From Geopsychrobacteraceae bacterium (GTDB lineage Bacteria > Desulfobacterota > Desulfuromonadia > Desulfuromonadales > Geopsychrobacteraceae): a DNA stretch of 64,000 nt. The stretch spans positions 3,680,001 to 3,744,000 of the forward strand of contig OY759353.1 of assembly GCA_963662315.1 (NCBI GenBank), given 5' to 3'. Below are positions 40,190-48,878 of the stretch, one piece after another (position 1 is the first letter of the stretch; each line of letters starts with the position of its first letter). The position numbers and the translations under genes were made by a program. Below the pieces are notes generated by a model, which searched no databases, was not told where the DNA came from, and saw only the letters and a list, made by a program, of their open reading frames with translations.

Positions 40190-42611
40190 TGACAGCCACC
40201 TCCTTTGCGATCGCGAGAACAGTCAACGGCAATGGCTGATCCTGGATGATCTCAACCTGCATTGTTGTCCCATCCTGGGCCCAGCCACTGGCAATGGTCG
40301 CTTTCTTCCACCCGGTAAATTCAGGAAGGCTTTGATCGAGGAGATTGTCGCCGAACTGGCGAAACGGAATATTCTCCCCATTGATCGAACAGCCTTTTGA
40401 CTTATGAAGTAGAACCAGGGCATTGGTGCATGTCGCCGATCCGCCGACACCACCTTCAATGTAAGGGGGAAGGTCCTTGATGATGGTTTGATAATGAAGC
40501 CCGACTTCGATCTCATTGGCGTCATAGCTTAGCGTTATTTCGCCATTGGTTACGGTTTGCTGTTTAGCGACCAGGCCATCAGCCAGAATATCGACCGTGT
40601 ATCCTTCCAGGTGATCAAGTCCGTCCCAGGTCGCCTTTCCTGTTTCATCACTGTCCGTAATGGCTGAATCCGTATTGAGTGAATAGTCGAGGACCTCGAT
40701 AAAAGTCTCAGAGTCACGCTCGACAGCAATCCAGATCTGATCTTTCCCGGTTGATGGGGATGGGATTTTCTCGATCGCTTTCAGTTCTCCGGAAAAGGTA
40801 CTGCGGGCCCAGGCCATGACGTCCTGATCAGGGTCATAGGTAAAGGTCAGAAGACACCCATTTTCACAGCGAGCCCAGATCGATGGGATTGGCTCCCTGA
40901 CATAAATCATCTCGGCGATTCCGGCCCCCTCATCGAGAAGGTGAGCTCCATAAACCCCCATGTCAGGAGCAATGAAGCGATCTTTTTCAAGGTTGTACTG
41001 AAAACAGCGCAAACCACGACCTGAAGCCGTCACAAAGAACATGTCAATACCGGCACGGATAGGCGTTGCCTCGGCTTTTGAACCGTAGTTGGTGCGAATC
41101 CGGATACTGAAATCTGTCGGAGTGATTGCGGATCCAGAGCTGGAACTCAAGGAAGGCTCTTCGGCCTCGGTGAAGATCAGGATGAATTCATCAGCGTTCA
41201 GGTTCTTGACCGGTGTCGTAGCCTGCGCAATGGTCAAAGCCATTCCATCATCATCATCGGTTCCAGATTCAAAATTTAGAAGGTAGTCCTCACCGGTCTT
41301 ACTCTTCCAAAGAACAGTTGGTTGAGACTTAGTTCCAGCGACATACATGCTCTGCTGAAAAAAGGTAACAGACTGAGGCCAGCCGTACAAATCGCCCCAG
41401 GCCTCAACCGTCCATTCATAGTCAGGCTCAAGGCCGGTCACCTTGGTCACAGCTTTTTCTTCTGTGATCGTGATATTAGTTTCATCAGAATTGGTCACAT
41501 CTGCTGAACTATTAAAGGCGACCGTCGATACAGTTTTCGTTTCTGTCGTGGTTCCACCTTCACTTTCAGAAGCGACCGTTCTGACCGTGATCGTATCCTC
41601 ATAGTTCCTCATCTGGCCATAACAGCTGATTTCAACTGTTTCACTACCGCTCATGGCTGTCGGATCGATGACGACAGTCACTGTGTCAATATAGGTTTCC
41701 AGAGAGCTTGAAGTTTCTTCGACCTGGGTCAATGTTGCCGAGATACCGGAAGGAAGCGATTCCGGGATATTGACTGAAGTCGTCAATTCCAGTTCTCCGG
41801 AATCGGAATCTGTTCGGGCCGTTGTGAACTCGATCACAACAGACTGGTTCCCGATCATCGATGTCGGATCAATATCAAGGGTGATAGTATTGACAATCCT
41901 GGTAGTCTGATTTGGAACATCGATGCGCTTCTCATAAGTTCCGGAAGCTGCTGTTGTAGAAGTCACGCTTTCGATGACAACTATTCCGTTATTGATATTG
42001 AAGCGACTTCCGACCATACCAGCGACAAACAGATCTGCACTTGCCGTCAGATCGACATCACCGCTGATCGATGTCGGCGTAATAGTCAGATCATCTGTTC
42101 CCTTTGGCCGGAAATAGGGGATCTTCTGGAAATTGATAGAGGCCAGGGTCCAGCCTGTATCCGTTGTCCTGGACAGCTTTCTTGGTTGATAATCACCGTG
42201 GAACAGGTAAAGCTCCCCTTCGCGTATTTCCATATTAATCATGGCAAGATCGGCACCAGCATAAGGACTGGTCACTTCATAAGGCGTAGTCCCGTCCGTA
42301 GTGATCAGCTCGCCATCAACGTAAAAGCGGAGAACCTGATCGGTAAATTCAACCATGTACCATTTCAGGATCCCGTTAACCGTGATCCCGATCGCCTTGA
42401 ATCTGATCTTTGATCCTGCCGTTCCGGTTCCTTTTGCCTTGGTCACATACCGGCCACCAGGGCGACGCATGGCGCCACCTGTTACCAATGGAATCGCATT
42501 GCGGCACAGCTCCAAACCGTTCTTGTAGCGCCCGACATCAAGACGTCCAAGAAGCAGAGGATTGAGCTCTCCTGCGTTAAGGACACTCTGGAACGTTTTC
42601 AGCTTGGCCAT
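40179..42611 (-). CDS. tail nozzle (tail tubular protein B)
   Basis: NAGELNPLL.GR.D, GGAMRRPG, GWPQSV.F, GLDHLEG..V.ILADG, QDQPLPLTV motifs. Confidence 0.85.
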   Translation of the reverse strand: MAKLKTFQSVLNAGELNPLLLGRLDVGRYKNGLELCRNAIPLVTGGAMRRPGGRYVTKAKGTGTAGSKIRFKAIGITVNGILKWYMVEFTDQVLRFYVDGELITTDGTTPYEVTSPYAGADLAMINMEIREGELYLFHGDYQPRKLSRTTDTGWTLASINFQKIPYFRPKGTDDLTITPTSISGDVDLTASADLFVAGMVGSRFNINNGIVVIESVTSTTAASGTYEKRIDVPNQTTRIVNTITLDIDPTSMIGNQSVVIEFTTARTDSDSGELELTTSVNIPESLPSGISATLTQVEETSSSLETYIDTVTVVIDPTAMSGSETVEISCYGQMRNYEDTITVRTVASESEGGTTTETKTVSTVAFNSSADVTNSDETNITITEEKAVTKVTGLEPDYEWTVEAWGDLYGWPQSVTFFQQSMYVAGTKSQPTVLWKSKTGEDYLLNFESGTDDDDGMALTIAQATTPVKNLNADEFILIFTEAEEPSLSSSSGSAITPTDFSIRIRTNYGSKAEATPIRAGIDMFFVTASGRGLRCFQYNLEKDRFIAPDMGVYGAHLLDEGAGIAEMIYVREPIPSIWARCENGCLLTFTYDPDQDVMAWARSTFSGELKAIEKIPSPSTGKDQIWIAVERDSETFIEVLDYSLNTDSAITDSDETGKATWDGLDHLEGYTVDILADGLVAKQQTVTNGEITLSYDANEIEVGLHYQTIIKDLPPYIEGGVGGSATCTNALVLLHKSKGCSINGENIPFRQFGDNLLDQSLPEFTGWKKATIASGWAQDGTTMQVEIIQDQPLPLTVLAIAKEVAVNVG

Positions 42612-42612
42612 A

Positions 42613-43167
42613 TCAATACCGTCCCGCGATCAGGTCAGATTCTTCAAATTCATCAGCCGGCTCTTCCATGGAATCAACACTGCGCGCCTGTTGCAGGACA
42701 GCAACATACATTTCCCACTGGGCATTCTGCTGGGAGGTTGACTGAGTTAACGGATAGGCCAGCTTCGCAGCCAAGTTTCTTGCCAGAGCTGCAGCTGCCA
42801 GGGAATCCCAGACGTTCAGTTCCTCAACCTTGCGGATATAGCGCATCTGCAGAAATTCAACATTGGCCAAAATCTGGCGCCCTTCATTGCGGAAATCCCT
42901 GGTGTTGAAAATTTCAATGGTCCTCAGCCAATCGCTTGGCTTATTGAACTGGTAGCTGTAACCGAATTTCGGATTATCAGACAGCGGAGACAGCTCTTTC
43001 CGATAGCAGGCAAAGTTCCAAGGATGAGCCCGGAGTGTTTCTTCCAGGGCTGCATTCCAGAGCGTCCCCGCAAAGGTTCCCGCCTTGGTTGAACTATCAA
43101 CCACCTGAACAGGGATCTGCCCAAGAAAGACCAGGGCGTTATTGACAACTTCCACTTTAGAATTCAT
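42613..43167 (-). CDS. tail adaptor (tail tubular protein A)
   Basis: VVNNAL..LG, HPWNFA, Y.F..PSD.LR motifs. Confidence 0.85.
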   Translation of the reverse strand: MNSKVEVVNNALVFLGQIPVQVVDSSTKAGTFAGTLWNAALEETLRAHPWNFACYRKELSPLSDNPKFGYSYQFNKPSDWLRTIEIFNTRDFRNEGRQILANVEFLQMRYIRKVEELNVWDSLAAAALARNLAAKLAYPLTQSTSQQNAQWEMYVAVLQQARSVDSMEEPADEFEESDLIAGRY

Positions 43168-43184
43168 AAGTTTCCACCATGACT

Positions 43185-43211
43185 AAAGAGCGGGGAGTTC
43201 CCCCGCTCTTT
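43185..43211. terminator. hairpin/terminator after the capsid operon
   Basis: aaagagcgggg-agttc-ccccgctcttt. Confidence 0.75.
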
Positions 43212-43225
43212 GCTCGTTACATGCC

Positions 43226-43759
43226 TTAGCTGTTTTCTACGTAAGCGATCCGGAAGCGGATCGTCTGGTTGGCAGCAATGGCGGCCCCGGCATTGGTAGC
43301 GATCAGTTCTTCATCACTGCCGATCGTCACGTCATCTGCTCCGGCTGCCGGTTCTGTCAGGCTGAAACTTCCTGCAGCAGTAATACTTGTTGCCGCTTTG
43401 AGCGCAGCAGCTGAGTCCGTCTTTCCGATCGCAAGGGTGGCACTGGCCACACCAGCGGAGAAACTGACCGTCGATAAGCTTGCCAGGATCTTGGCTCCGA
43501 CCGGTGGTGTCGGAAGGTGAATAACATCCCCAATGGTCCCGGCTCCGGATTGAACATAAACCTCATTGATGTAACGAACCCGGGCGCCAAAATCGACCAC
43601 GCCAACCTTTTGGATTGGATTGGTCCGCATCTTTGTCATGTTCGTGCCATAGACATCGCCCCGGGCGTGAAGGTCGGCAACTCTTGGACATCTGGGCAGG
43701 AACAGGTAGGACGCTATGACCAGGAGCAGGGTCCAGATAAATAAAAAGAATCGTTTCAT
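43226..43759 (-). CDS. putative capsid decoration/cement protein with hydrophobic N-terminal leader
   Basis: Directly after the MCP; beta-rich Ala/Gly/Thr body; GGGAG RBS before MKRFFLFIW. Confidence 0.65.
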   Translation of the reverse strand: MKRFFLFIWTLLLVIASYLFLPRCPRVADLHARGDVYGTNMTKMRTNPIQKVGVVDFGARVRYINEVYVQSGAGTIGDVIHLPTPPVGAKILASLSTVSFSAGVASATLAIGKTDSAAALKAATSITAAGSFSLTEPAAGADDVTIGSDEELIATNAGAAIAANQTIRFRIAYVENS

Positions 43760-43826
43760 GGTGTATCTCCCTTGTTTGATACGCTGAACAACTCCCGATC
43801 CGTCAGATCGGGAGTTCATTGATTGA

Positions 43827-44756
43827 TCAGGCGGTTTCGTCGCACTGGATCTCGACAACCCCTTCGTCCTCAACACGGACCGCACCGAGACTCATTTCGG
43901 TGTAGGTCTGGACTGCGAAGTTTTTGTCGGGACGCTTGGCGATATCGTTCTTGATGTTCTGACCGATACCGAGCTGCATATAGCTCTTGCCGTAAATGAA
44001 ACCGCTACGGATATCTCCTGACTTCGGCAGGAACTCGACACGCTTCCAGACCATGCCCAGGAAGTAATCCACCTTGTAATCCTGCAGGGCGCGCATGGTG
44101 TTGTAATCGGCACTGGTCAGGGTTGAATCTTCCATCAACTCGGTGAGCATCTTCGCGGTATAAACGAAGGTGCGCTGGTTTCCGTCCTCTTCCGGGCTGT
44201 CGGCTTCGTTCTCGTTGAGGATCTCGATTGCGGCCCGCAGTTTGGCCATGGAAATATTTGTTCCGCCATCGAGGATGATCTGTTCTGCCGGCAACGCAAC
44301 CAGAGTATTGTCGACGTTGCGAGCGCTGCCGTTCAGCGCGGCAATAATGATCTTGTCCTTACGGCGGTTCATGGCGGCGACTGATCCCTGGACATACTTA
44401 TTGGTCGGATCTTCCAGAACCTTCAAGGTGTCGGTTTTATCGAGCAGGGTCGGATGGTTGTAATCGCGCAGATCGATATAACGGCGGATGTGTGGAACTT
44501 CGATATTCTTGGTGTCACCATGGCGATCAGTGATCTCTTGGGCCTCAGTCTGACCATAACGGTCAGTTGACTCTGAAGAACCGACAATGCCGTCCTTGAC
44601 GATGACGGTATCCTCCAGGCGGCTCTTTTTCTGCTGAGCCACCAGGCGGACATCGTCGTCATACTTGGTAACAAAATGATTGGGAATGGTAGATTCGCCG
44701 TCCCGGGCAAGAAGGTCTAGGACGACGGGGAATAAGGCCGCTTGAATCTTTGTCAT
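43827..44756 (-). CDS. major capsid protein
   Basis: Position after the scaffold; AAMNRRKDKIII, TSADYN, GAVRVEDEGVVEI pattern of BPP-1-like MCPs; AAAGGAG RBS. Confidence 0.88.
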   Translation of the reverse strand: MTKIQAALFPVVLDLLARDGESTIPNHFVTKYDDDVRLVAQQKKSRLEDTVIVKDGIVGSSESTDRYGQTEAQEITDRHGDTKNIEVPHIRRYIDLRDYNHPTLLDKTDTLKVLEDPTNKYVQGSVAAMNRRKDKIIIAALNGSARNVDNTLVALPAEQIILDGGTNISMAKLRAAIEILNENEADSPEEDGNQRTFVYTAKMLTELMEDSTLTSADYNTMRALQDYKVDYFLGMVWKRVEFLPKSGDIRSGFIYGKSYMQLGIGQNIKNDIAKRPDKNFAVQTYTEMSLGAVRVEDEGVVEIQCDETA

Positions 44757-44928
44757 GGCGGCGTCTCCTTTCGTGAAAATCGTTATTCGTTCAATGATTT
44801 TCAGGTTATCCGCCGCCCGGCGGGCCTGTGGTGCAGTAGGTGTGCGGGTGTTACCATTGTCCGCGTCCGGTCTGTCCCGGTGTCGCGCCTCGTAAGAAGC
44901 GGCGCCCCTCTATAGGATCAGCTTAAAA

Positions 44929-45201
44929 TCAGCTGTTAGTTTCAATCAGTGTGTATCCAGCTTCAAAAGCCTGTTCAGGAGAGAACGATTCATACCCGTC
45001 TTCATAGATTACGTAGTAACCTCCCTCCCCTGGCTTATGCTTTTCCATATACCTGGCATCAACCTTGATCGGGTTAATGTCCTTATCAACAGGGACCAGT
45101 AAGAAAGAAGCATCGTCCAGTGGATTCATGGCCATAATGGTTTCGATCTTTACCGCGTGAACTTCTTTATGACATTTGTACTTAGGGAGTACCTGATTCA
45201 T
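44929..45201 (-). CDS. small conserved phage protein (YKCHK...GGYYVIYEDGYESFSP family)
   Basis: AAGGAG RBS; recognisable recurring phage motif; function unknown. Confidence 0.75.
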   Translation of the reverse strand: MNQVLPKYKCHKEVHAVKIETIMAMNPLDDASFLLVPVDKDINPIKVDARYMEKHKPGEGGYYVIYEDGYESFSPEQAFEAGYTLIETNS

Positions 45202-45385
45202 CGTTTCTCCTTCTATTGCCGCTGTGCGTCCCAGTCTTGTTCCCGTGGTGCTTATGGAGGCGACCCCGCGGCCTGGTCAACTATCCCGGAGCAATCGCCC
45301 CGTATTAAGGTGGTGTGCCGGCGCCCGGGGCGACCCGTAGTGCTTGGAGACTGGAAGCCGTGGGCAAATGTCGGCGCCGGAAACA

Positions 45386-46234
45386 TCAATTTCCTGTTTT
45401 ATAGCCGCGCGGATAAGCCGCGCTGACCTTGGCAACAACTCGTTTGTGGTCCGGGTGTTTGGGATCGAGATAAGCATCGCTGTTTCTCAGCTTGGCAATA
45501 TCTTCAAGCTCACCAGGTCCCATCTGATTGGCCGTGCTATCATCTTCAAATTCACGTCCAACGAACTCAAGAAGCCGAATCACCGAAGGATTATTCATCA
45601 AGGTCGGATCAGAAATAATGTCTTTGCGAATATTTGCCGGAGCGACGGACAGCGCAAAGTTTGAACGGGCGATATTCTTCTGGTAATCCTCGCCCCAAGA
45701 CTGTTTTAGTTCTGCCTGGGCTGCTTCCATGGAAGCTTTCTGCTGAGCCACACCTTCACCAAGCAGCTCGCCATAGTAAGCCAGAACACCTTGAACCTGA
45801 GTGTTGTTCAGATTCAACTCATGCAGCTTTCCAAGAACTTTGGCTTCAGCTTCCTGGTTGCGCTCGAAACCTTCAGGAAGGTAATCGGCTATTTCATATT
45901 TATCAGCAGACTCAGGAGGAGCATCTCCAGCACGGAAGCGCTTTTCAAGCTCTCCGTAGGAGGGAAGGACCTTTTGTGCGATCGCCTTCCAGTCTTCGGA
46001 TCCATCTTCACCACGGACCATGAACTTGTCTGGGATGGTTAGTCCTTCACCGCCTTCTCCCTTACCACCCTGGCGCTGAAAGCCACCATTGTTTTCGCCA
46101 CTCAGCAGACCACTGCCCTGGCCACCGTCACCGGATCCGCCCCCTTGACCGCCGTCGCCACCACCTTCTCCACCGTCACCGTCGCGGGCAAAAAGATCTT
46201 TAATCCGGGGAAATTCAGGAAAAAGAAGGAACAC
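45386..46234 (-). CDS. capsid scaffolding protein
   Basis: Gly-rich N-terminus, IPDKF, Y.ELEKR, P...DKY, LKQSWG, AYLDPKHPDH; located between portal and MCP. Confidence 0.8.
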   Translation of the reverse strand: MFLLFPEFPRIKDLFARDGDGGEGGGDGGQGGGSGDGGQGSGLLSGENNGGFQRQGGKGEGGEGLTIPDKFMVRGEDGSEDWKAIAQKVLPSYGELEKRFRAGDAPPESADKYEIADYLPEGFERNQEAEAKVLGKLHELNLNNTQVQGVLAYYGELLGEGVAQQKASMEAAQAELKQSWGEDYQKNIARSNFALSVAPANIRKDIISDPTLMNNPSVIRLLEFVGREFEDDSTANQMGPGELEDIAKLRNSDAYLDPKHPDHKRVVAKVSAAYPRGYKTGN

Positions 46235-46690
46235 TTAGTTTCCTCCTTTCAATTCTTCAGCTTTAGTGTCAGCAAGGTTTAAAAGCTTTTCGTCGGTCAC
46301 ATCTTCCATGATGACGTTAAGCGCTTCGAGAGTTTCCGCTTTTGAAATGGCAGTCTCAATCTGCTTTGCCGTCATTTTCTTTTCAGGTTTGGTTGAAGGT
46401 TTCTGAGGCTCTTCCGGTAGATCTTCACCTTCGGCCGCCTTATCGAGAAGTTTCTCCAATTCGAAAATGCGTTCGGTCAGATCCTTATGATCATCCTCCT
46501 GCAGAACAACGAATCCGCGCTTTTCAAGCTCAGCGGACAATTGATCAGTATCAAGCTGTTCCATGGAGATAACGGTCGGTGTAGCCTGGACCGTTGCGGT
46601 TCCAGGTTTGCTGTTAACAGGGGTCGCTTTCTTTGGCGATTCCTCGATCAGGTGACCTTTTCCTTTAATAAATCTTCGTCCTGTTGCCAC
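46235..46690 (-). CDS. hypothetical head-cluster protein
   Basis: GTG start with AAGGAG RBS; charged helical protein. Confidence 0.65.
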   Translation of the reverse strand: MATGRRFIKGKGHLIEESPKKATPVNSKPGTATVQATPTVISMEQLDTDQLSAELEKRGFVVLQEDDHKDLTERIFELEKLLDKAAEGEDLPEEPQKPSTKPEKKMTAKQIETAISKAETLEALNVIMEDVTDEKLLNLADTKAEELKGGN

Positions 46691-46706
46691 TGTGAACTCC
46701 TTTTCG

Positions 46707-46910
46707 CTAAGCCGTCGCTTTGTTGGTTAAATAAATGACAAGATCCTTCTTCCCGATATTTGCAGCAGTCTCGAGCTCATCACCAGGAACAAGCTGAGTC
46801 GGATAAACAAAGTCCATAAACAGTTCCTCAAGAATTGCCACTCCATCTGGATCCTCCTGGAAAATCCGGTGCCATGCCACCGGAGAAACTCGCTGTCTTT
46901 TATCAGCCAT
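46707..46910 (-). CDS. small conserved protein downstream of the portal (Bbp19-like)
   Basis: IF...PDG.AILEEL...ETA.N.GK..LV.Y pattern. Confidence 0.65.
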   Translation of the reverse strand: MADKRQRVSPVAWHRIFQEDPDGVAILEELFMDFVYPTQLVPGDELETAANIGKKDLVIYLTNKATA

Positions 46911-48537
46911 TGCTCACTTCTCCCATCGCTGAAGCTCCGGCGCCTTGTCCTGCTGAAGCTTGCATGCTGGCCTGCTTTGCGGCGCGATCCTCACGAATCT
47001 TTCTCAAATCCTTCACCTTATCGTCAGTCAGGATCAGTGATTCAGGAACCCCGAGGAACTTGGACCGCTTACGCTCCGCTTCATCCCAGTCATACAGATC
47101 AAGAAGCCCTGCCATTTCTTGACTGAGTCCGGCCTTCTGGATCAGTCCTGTTTCAAAGCGATCCATGGCGGCCACATCCTCCAGCTGCTGGGCCCGGGCA
47201 AGCGGTGAGATATACCGCAAGCGAAGAGCCTTATTGCGAAGAGCTTCCGGAAGCTGCTTTCCTTCGCGGATATCCTTTCGCATCAATATCCCGAGACACC
47301 GGAAAACGATCCGCTGCAGGTACTCTGATTGCAGCCGGCCATACATGGGACCAAGCAACTGGCGGATCAAGCTCACTCGGTAATGCCATTCTGTTGCAGT
47401 CCTGACAGGTCCTTCAGATTGAAGAGGTTCCAGCTGATCGGCCATCATGATCCTTCGAATCTGGCGGCGCTTTTCTTCAGCCTTGATTGCGCCCCAATCT
47501 GGCTTACCTGGGGGGTTCACAGGAAACAAGGAATCCTTGGCCTTCATCATTGTCACTTTTTTAGGACCGATCTTCACGGTCTTGACGTTCAGAACACCAT
47601 CATCGACAGCACCCCACATGCCATAGGTCTGCATGTCAAAGTTGTCGAGACTCTTTTTCTCCATCTGGTTCAGAGTCTTGGCATCAGGAAGGACGGTTGA
47701 CATCGGTCCCTGGGCATAAACCGAGTTAGGCAGCCTCAGCCAACGAGGAACAGCCACAGGAAACTCAGCAAATCCACCTTCACGAACGATTTCCTTATTC
47801 TCGAGACAGATGTGATATGAGGCAAACGGCAGCAGCTGATCCCGCTTTTTCTTTCTGATACCCTTGGCGAATTGCTTCGGCATAATGAAGTGAATGAAAC
47901 CGAACCGCTTATAAGGATCCTTGGTCACTGCTTCTTTGATCTTGTCCGGAAGGACCTGTTCGTTGTCCTCATACTCGCGAACAGCCTGTTGAGCTGTCAG
48001 GGTGAAATAGCGACAGATGGTATCGACCATTCCGTCCTTGCGGGTTGATGCCATAAAACAGAACGGCAGTGGCCAGGCCTCAAAGTTAAAGGTTGTCTCT
48101 TCGCCTTCCTCGATAAACAAAGCACAGTAACCGGCGTCCGTGACATCAAGCATAGCTTCATAAGCAGAAGGATCGAAGTTGCTTGAGTGTATCCCGCTAT
48201 GGATCTGCTCGGCCTTTTTATCCAGGTACGCTTTGACCTCGCTGTTTTCTTCACCTTCAGCCTCAATTCCGGCCCAACGGCTATTTGCCGGAGTCAGCCC
48301 GGAAACAAGAGTACTGGCCAGAATGTGAGCTGAGTCGGTCGCGGTTGAATCAGTCATGTCCGCCTGGGCGCTGGCGGCCTGTTGTTGAATTGTTTCGGGA
48401 GATGCGTCCAGGTCAGAACTAAACTGGAGACCTCTGATCGGATGCGAATATTTGTAGCATTCGCGTATATGATTCTCGAGAGGCAGTCTTAACGTCTTTA
48501 AAGCTTCAAAATAATTTACAAGCTCTGAACCCGTCAT
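46903..48537 (-). CDS. portal (head-tail connector) protein
   Basis: DSTA, SNF, PRW...YAQGP, RTATE, LGPMYGRLQSE, YISPLARAQ motifs of podoviral portals. Confidence 0.92.
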   Translation of the reverse strand: MTGSELVNYFEALKTLRLPLENHIRECYKYSHPIRGLQFSSDLDASPETIQQQAASAQADMTDSTATDSAHILASTLVSGLTPANSRWAGIEAEGEENSEVKAYLDKKAEQIHSGIHSSNFDPSAYEAMLDVTDAGYCALFIEEGEETTFNFEAWPLPFCFMASTRKDGMVDTICRYFTLTAQQAVREYEDNEQVLPDKIKEAVTKDPYKRFGFIHFIMPKQFAKGIRKKKRDQLLPFASYHICLENKEIVREGGFAEFPVAVPRWLRLPNSVYAQGPMSTVLPDAKTLNQMEKKSLDNFDMQTYGMWGAVDDGVLNVKTVKIGPKKVTMMKAKDSLFPVNPPGKPDWGAIKAEEKRRQIRRIMMADQLEPLQSEGPVRTATEWHYRVSLIRQLLGPMYGRLQSEYLQRIVFRCLGILMRKDIREGKQLPEALRNKALRLRYISPLARAQQLEDVAAMDRFETGLIQKAGLSQEMAGLLDLYDWDEAERKRSKFLGVPESLILTDDKVKDLRKIREDRAAKQASMQASAGQGAGASAMGEVSNG

Positions 48538-48574
48538 GACTGCCTCCGATAAATGAATTGTCGTTACGGAAGCG

Positions 48575-48616
48575 ATTACTATCAGAAATCTTGGAAATCT
48601 GCTGGCAGATCATTTC
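48575..48616 (-). promoter_or_regulatory. putative late promoter / Mor-type activator site
   Basis: Dyad gaaatctgc-tg-gcagatcatttc right after the activator gene, followed by an AT-rich -10-like region, upstream of the portal gene. Confidence 0.45.
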
Positions 48617-48617
48617 A

Positions 48618-48878
48618 CTATTTTTTGATGATGTTTCTGATCTGTCGTTCAGAAAGTTTGAAAAGGATGGCTAACTCTTCATAATTATTGCCGCGAAAAG
48701 CCTTTTTGATCATTTTGTTCCGTTCATAAATTTTTATAGATTCAAGACCAGGGAAGGTGATGCGAATGTCACCGAGTTCTTCAGCAAGGATCTTGACGAT
48801 CACTTCAGCAACCTGGTCATCATAAACGCAGCGGACACGATGAATCGCCCTCTCAAAACATTCCATCCCTTCACTCAT
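48618..48878 (-). CDS. Mor/C-family late transcription activator
   Basis: ELG..RITFP...RN..I...F.GNNYEELA..F.LSERQIRNII is the Mor-family HTH. Confidence 0.88.
   Translation of the reverse strand: MSEGMECFERAIHRVRCVYDDQVAEVIVKILAEELGDIRITFPGLESIKIYERNKMIKKAFRGNNYEELAILFKLSERQIRNIIKK

Noticed and set aside
45202..45388. HDV-like ribozyme or stop-codon read-through signal after the scaffold gene
   Set aside because: The segment between the would-be P2 and P1 strands is too long for the HDV P3/L3 core. Read-through of the UGA hits another stop after 26 codons and fuses to nothing.
46085..46185. GGC/GGT-rich repeat as a DNA repeat element
   Set aside because: It simply encodes the Gly-rich linker of the scaffold protein.
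43655..46234. Leader motif being the known Prp (L27-like) or prepilin-peptidase site
   Set aside because: It lacks the LNLQFF/A pattern and lacks the hydrophobic G/F-x-x-x-E helix following prepilin sites. Only the concept is analogous.
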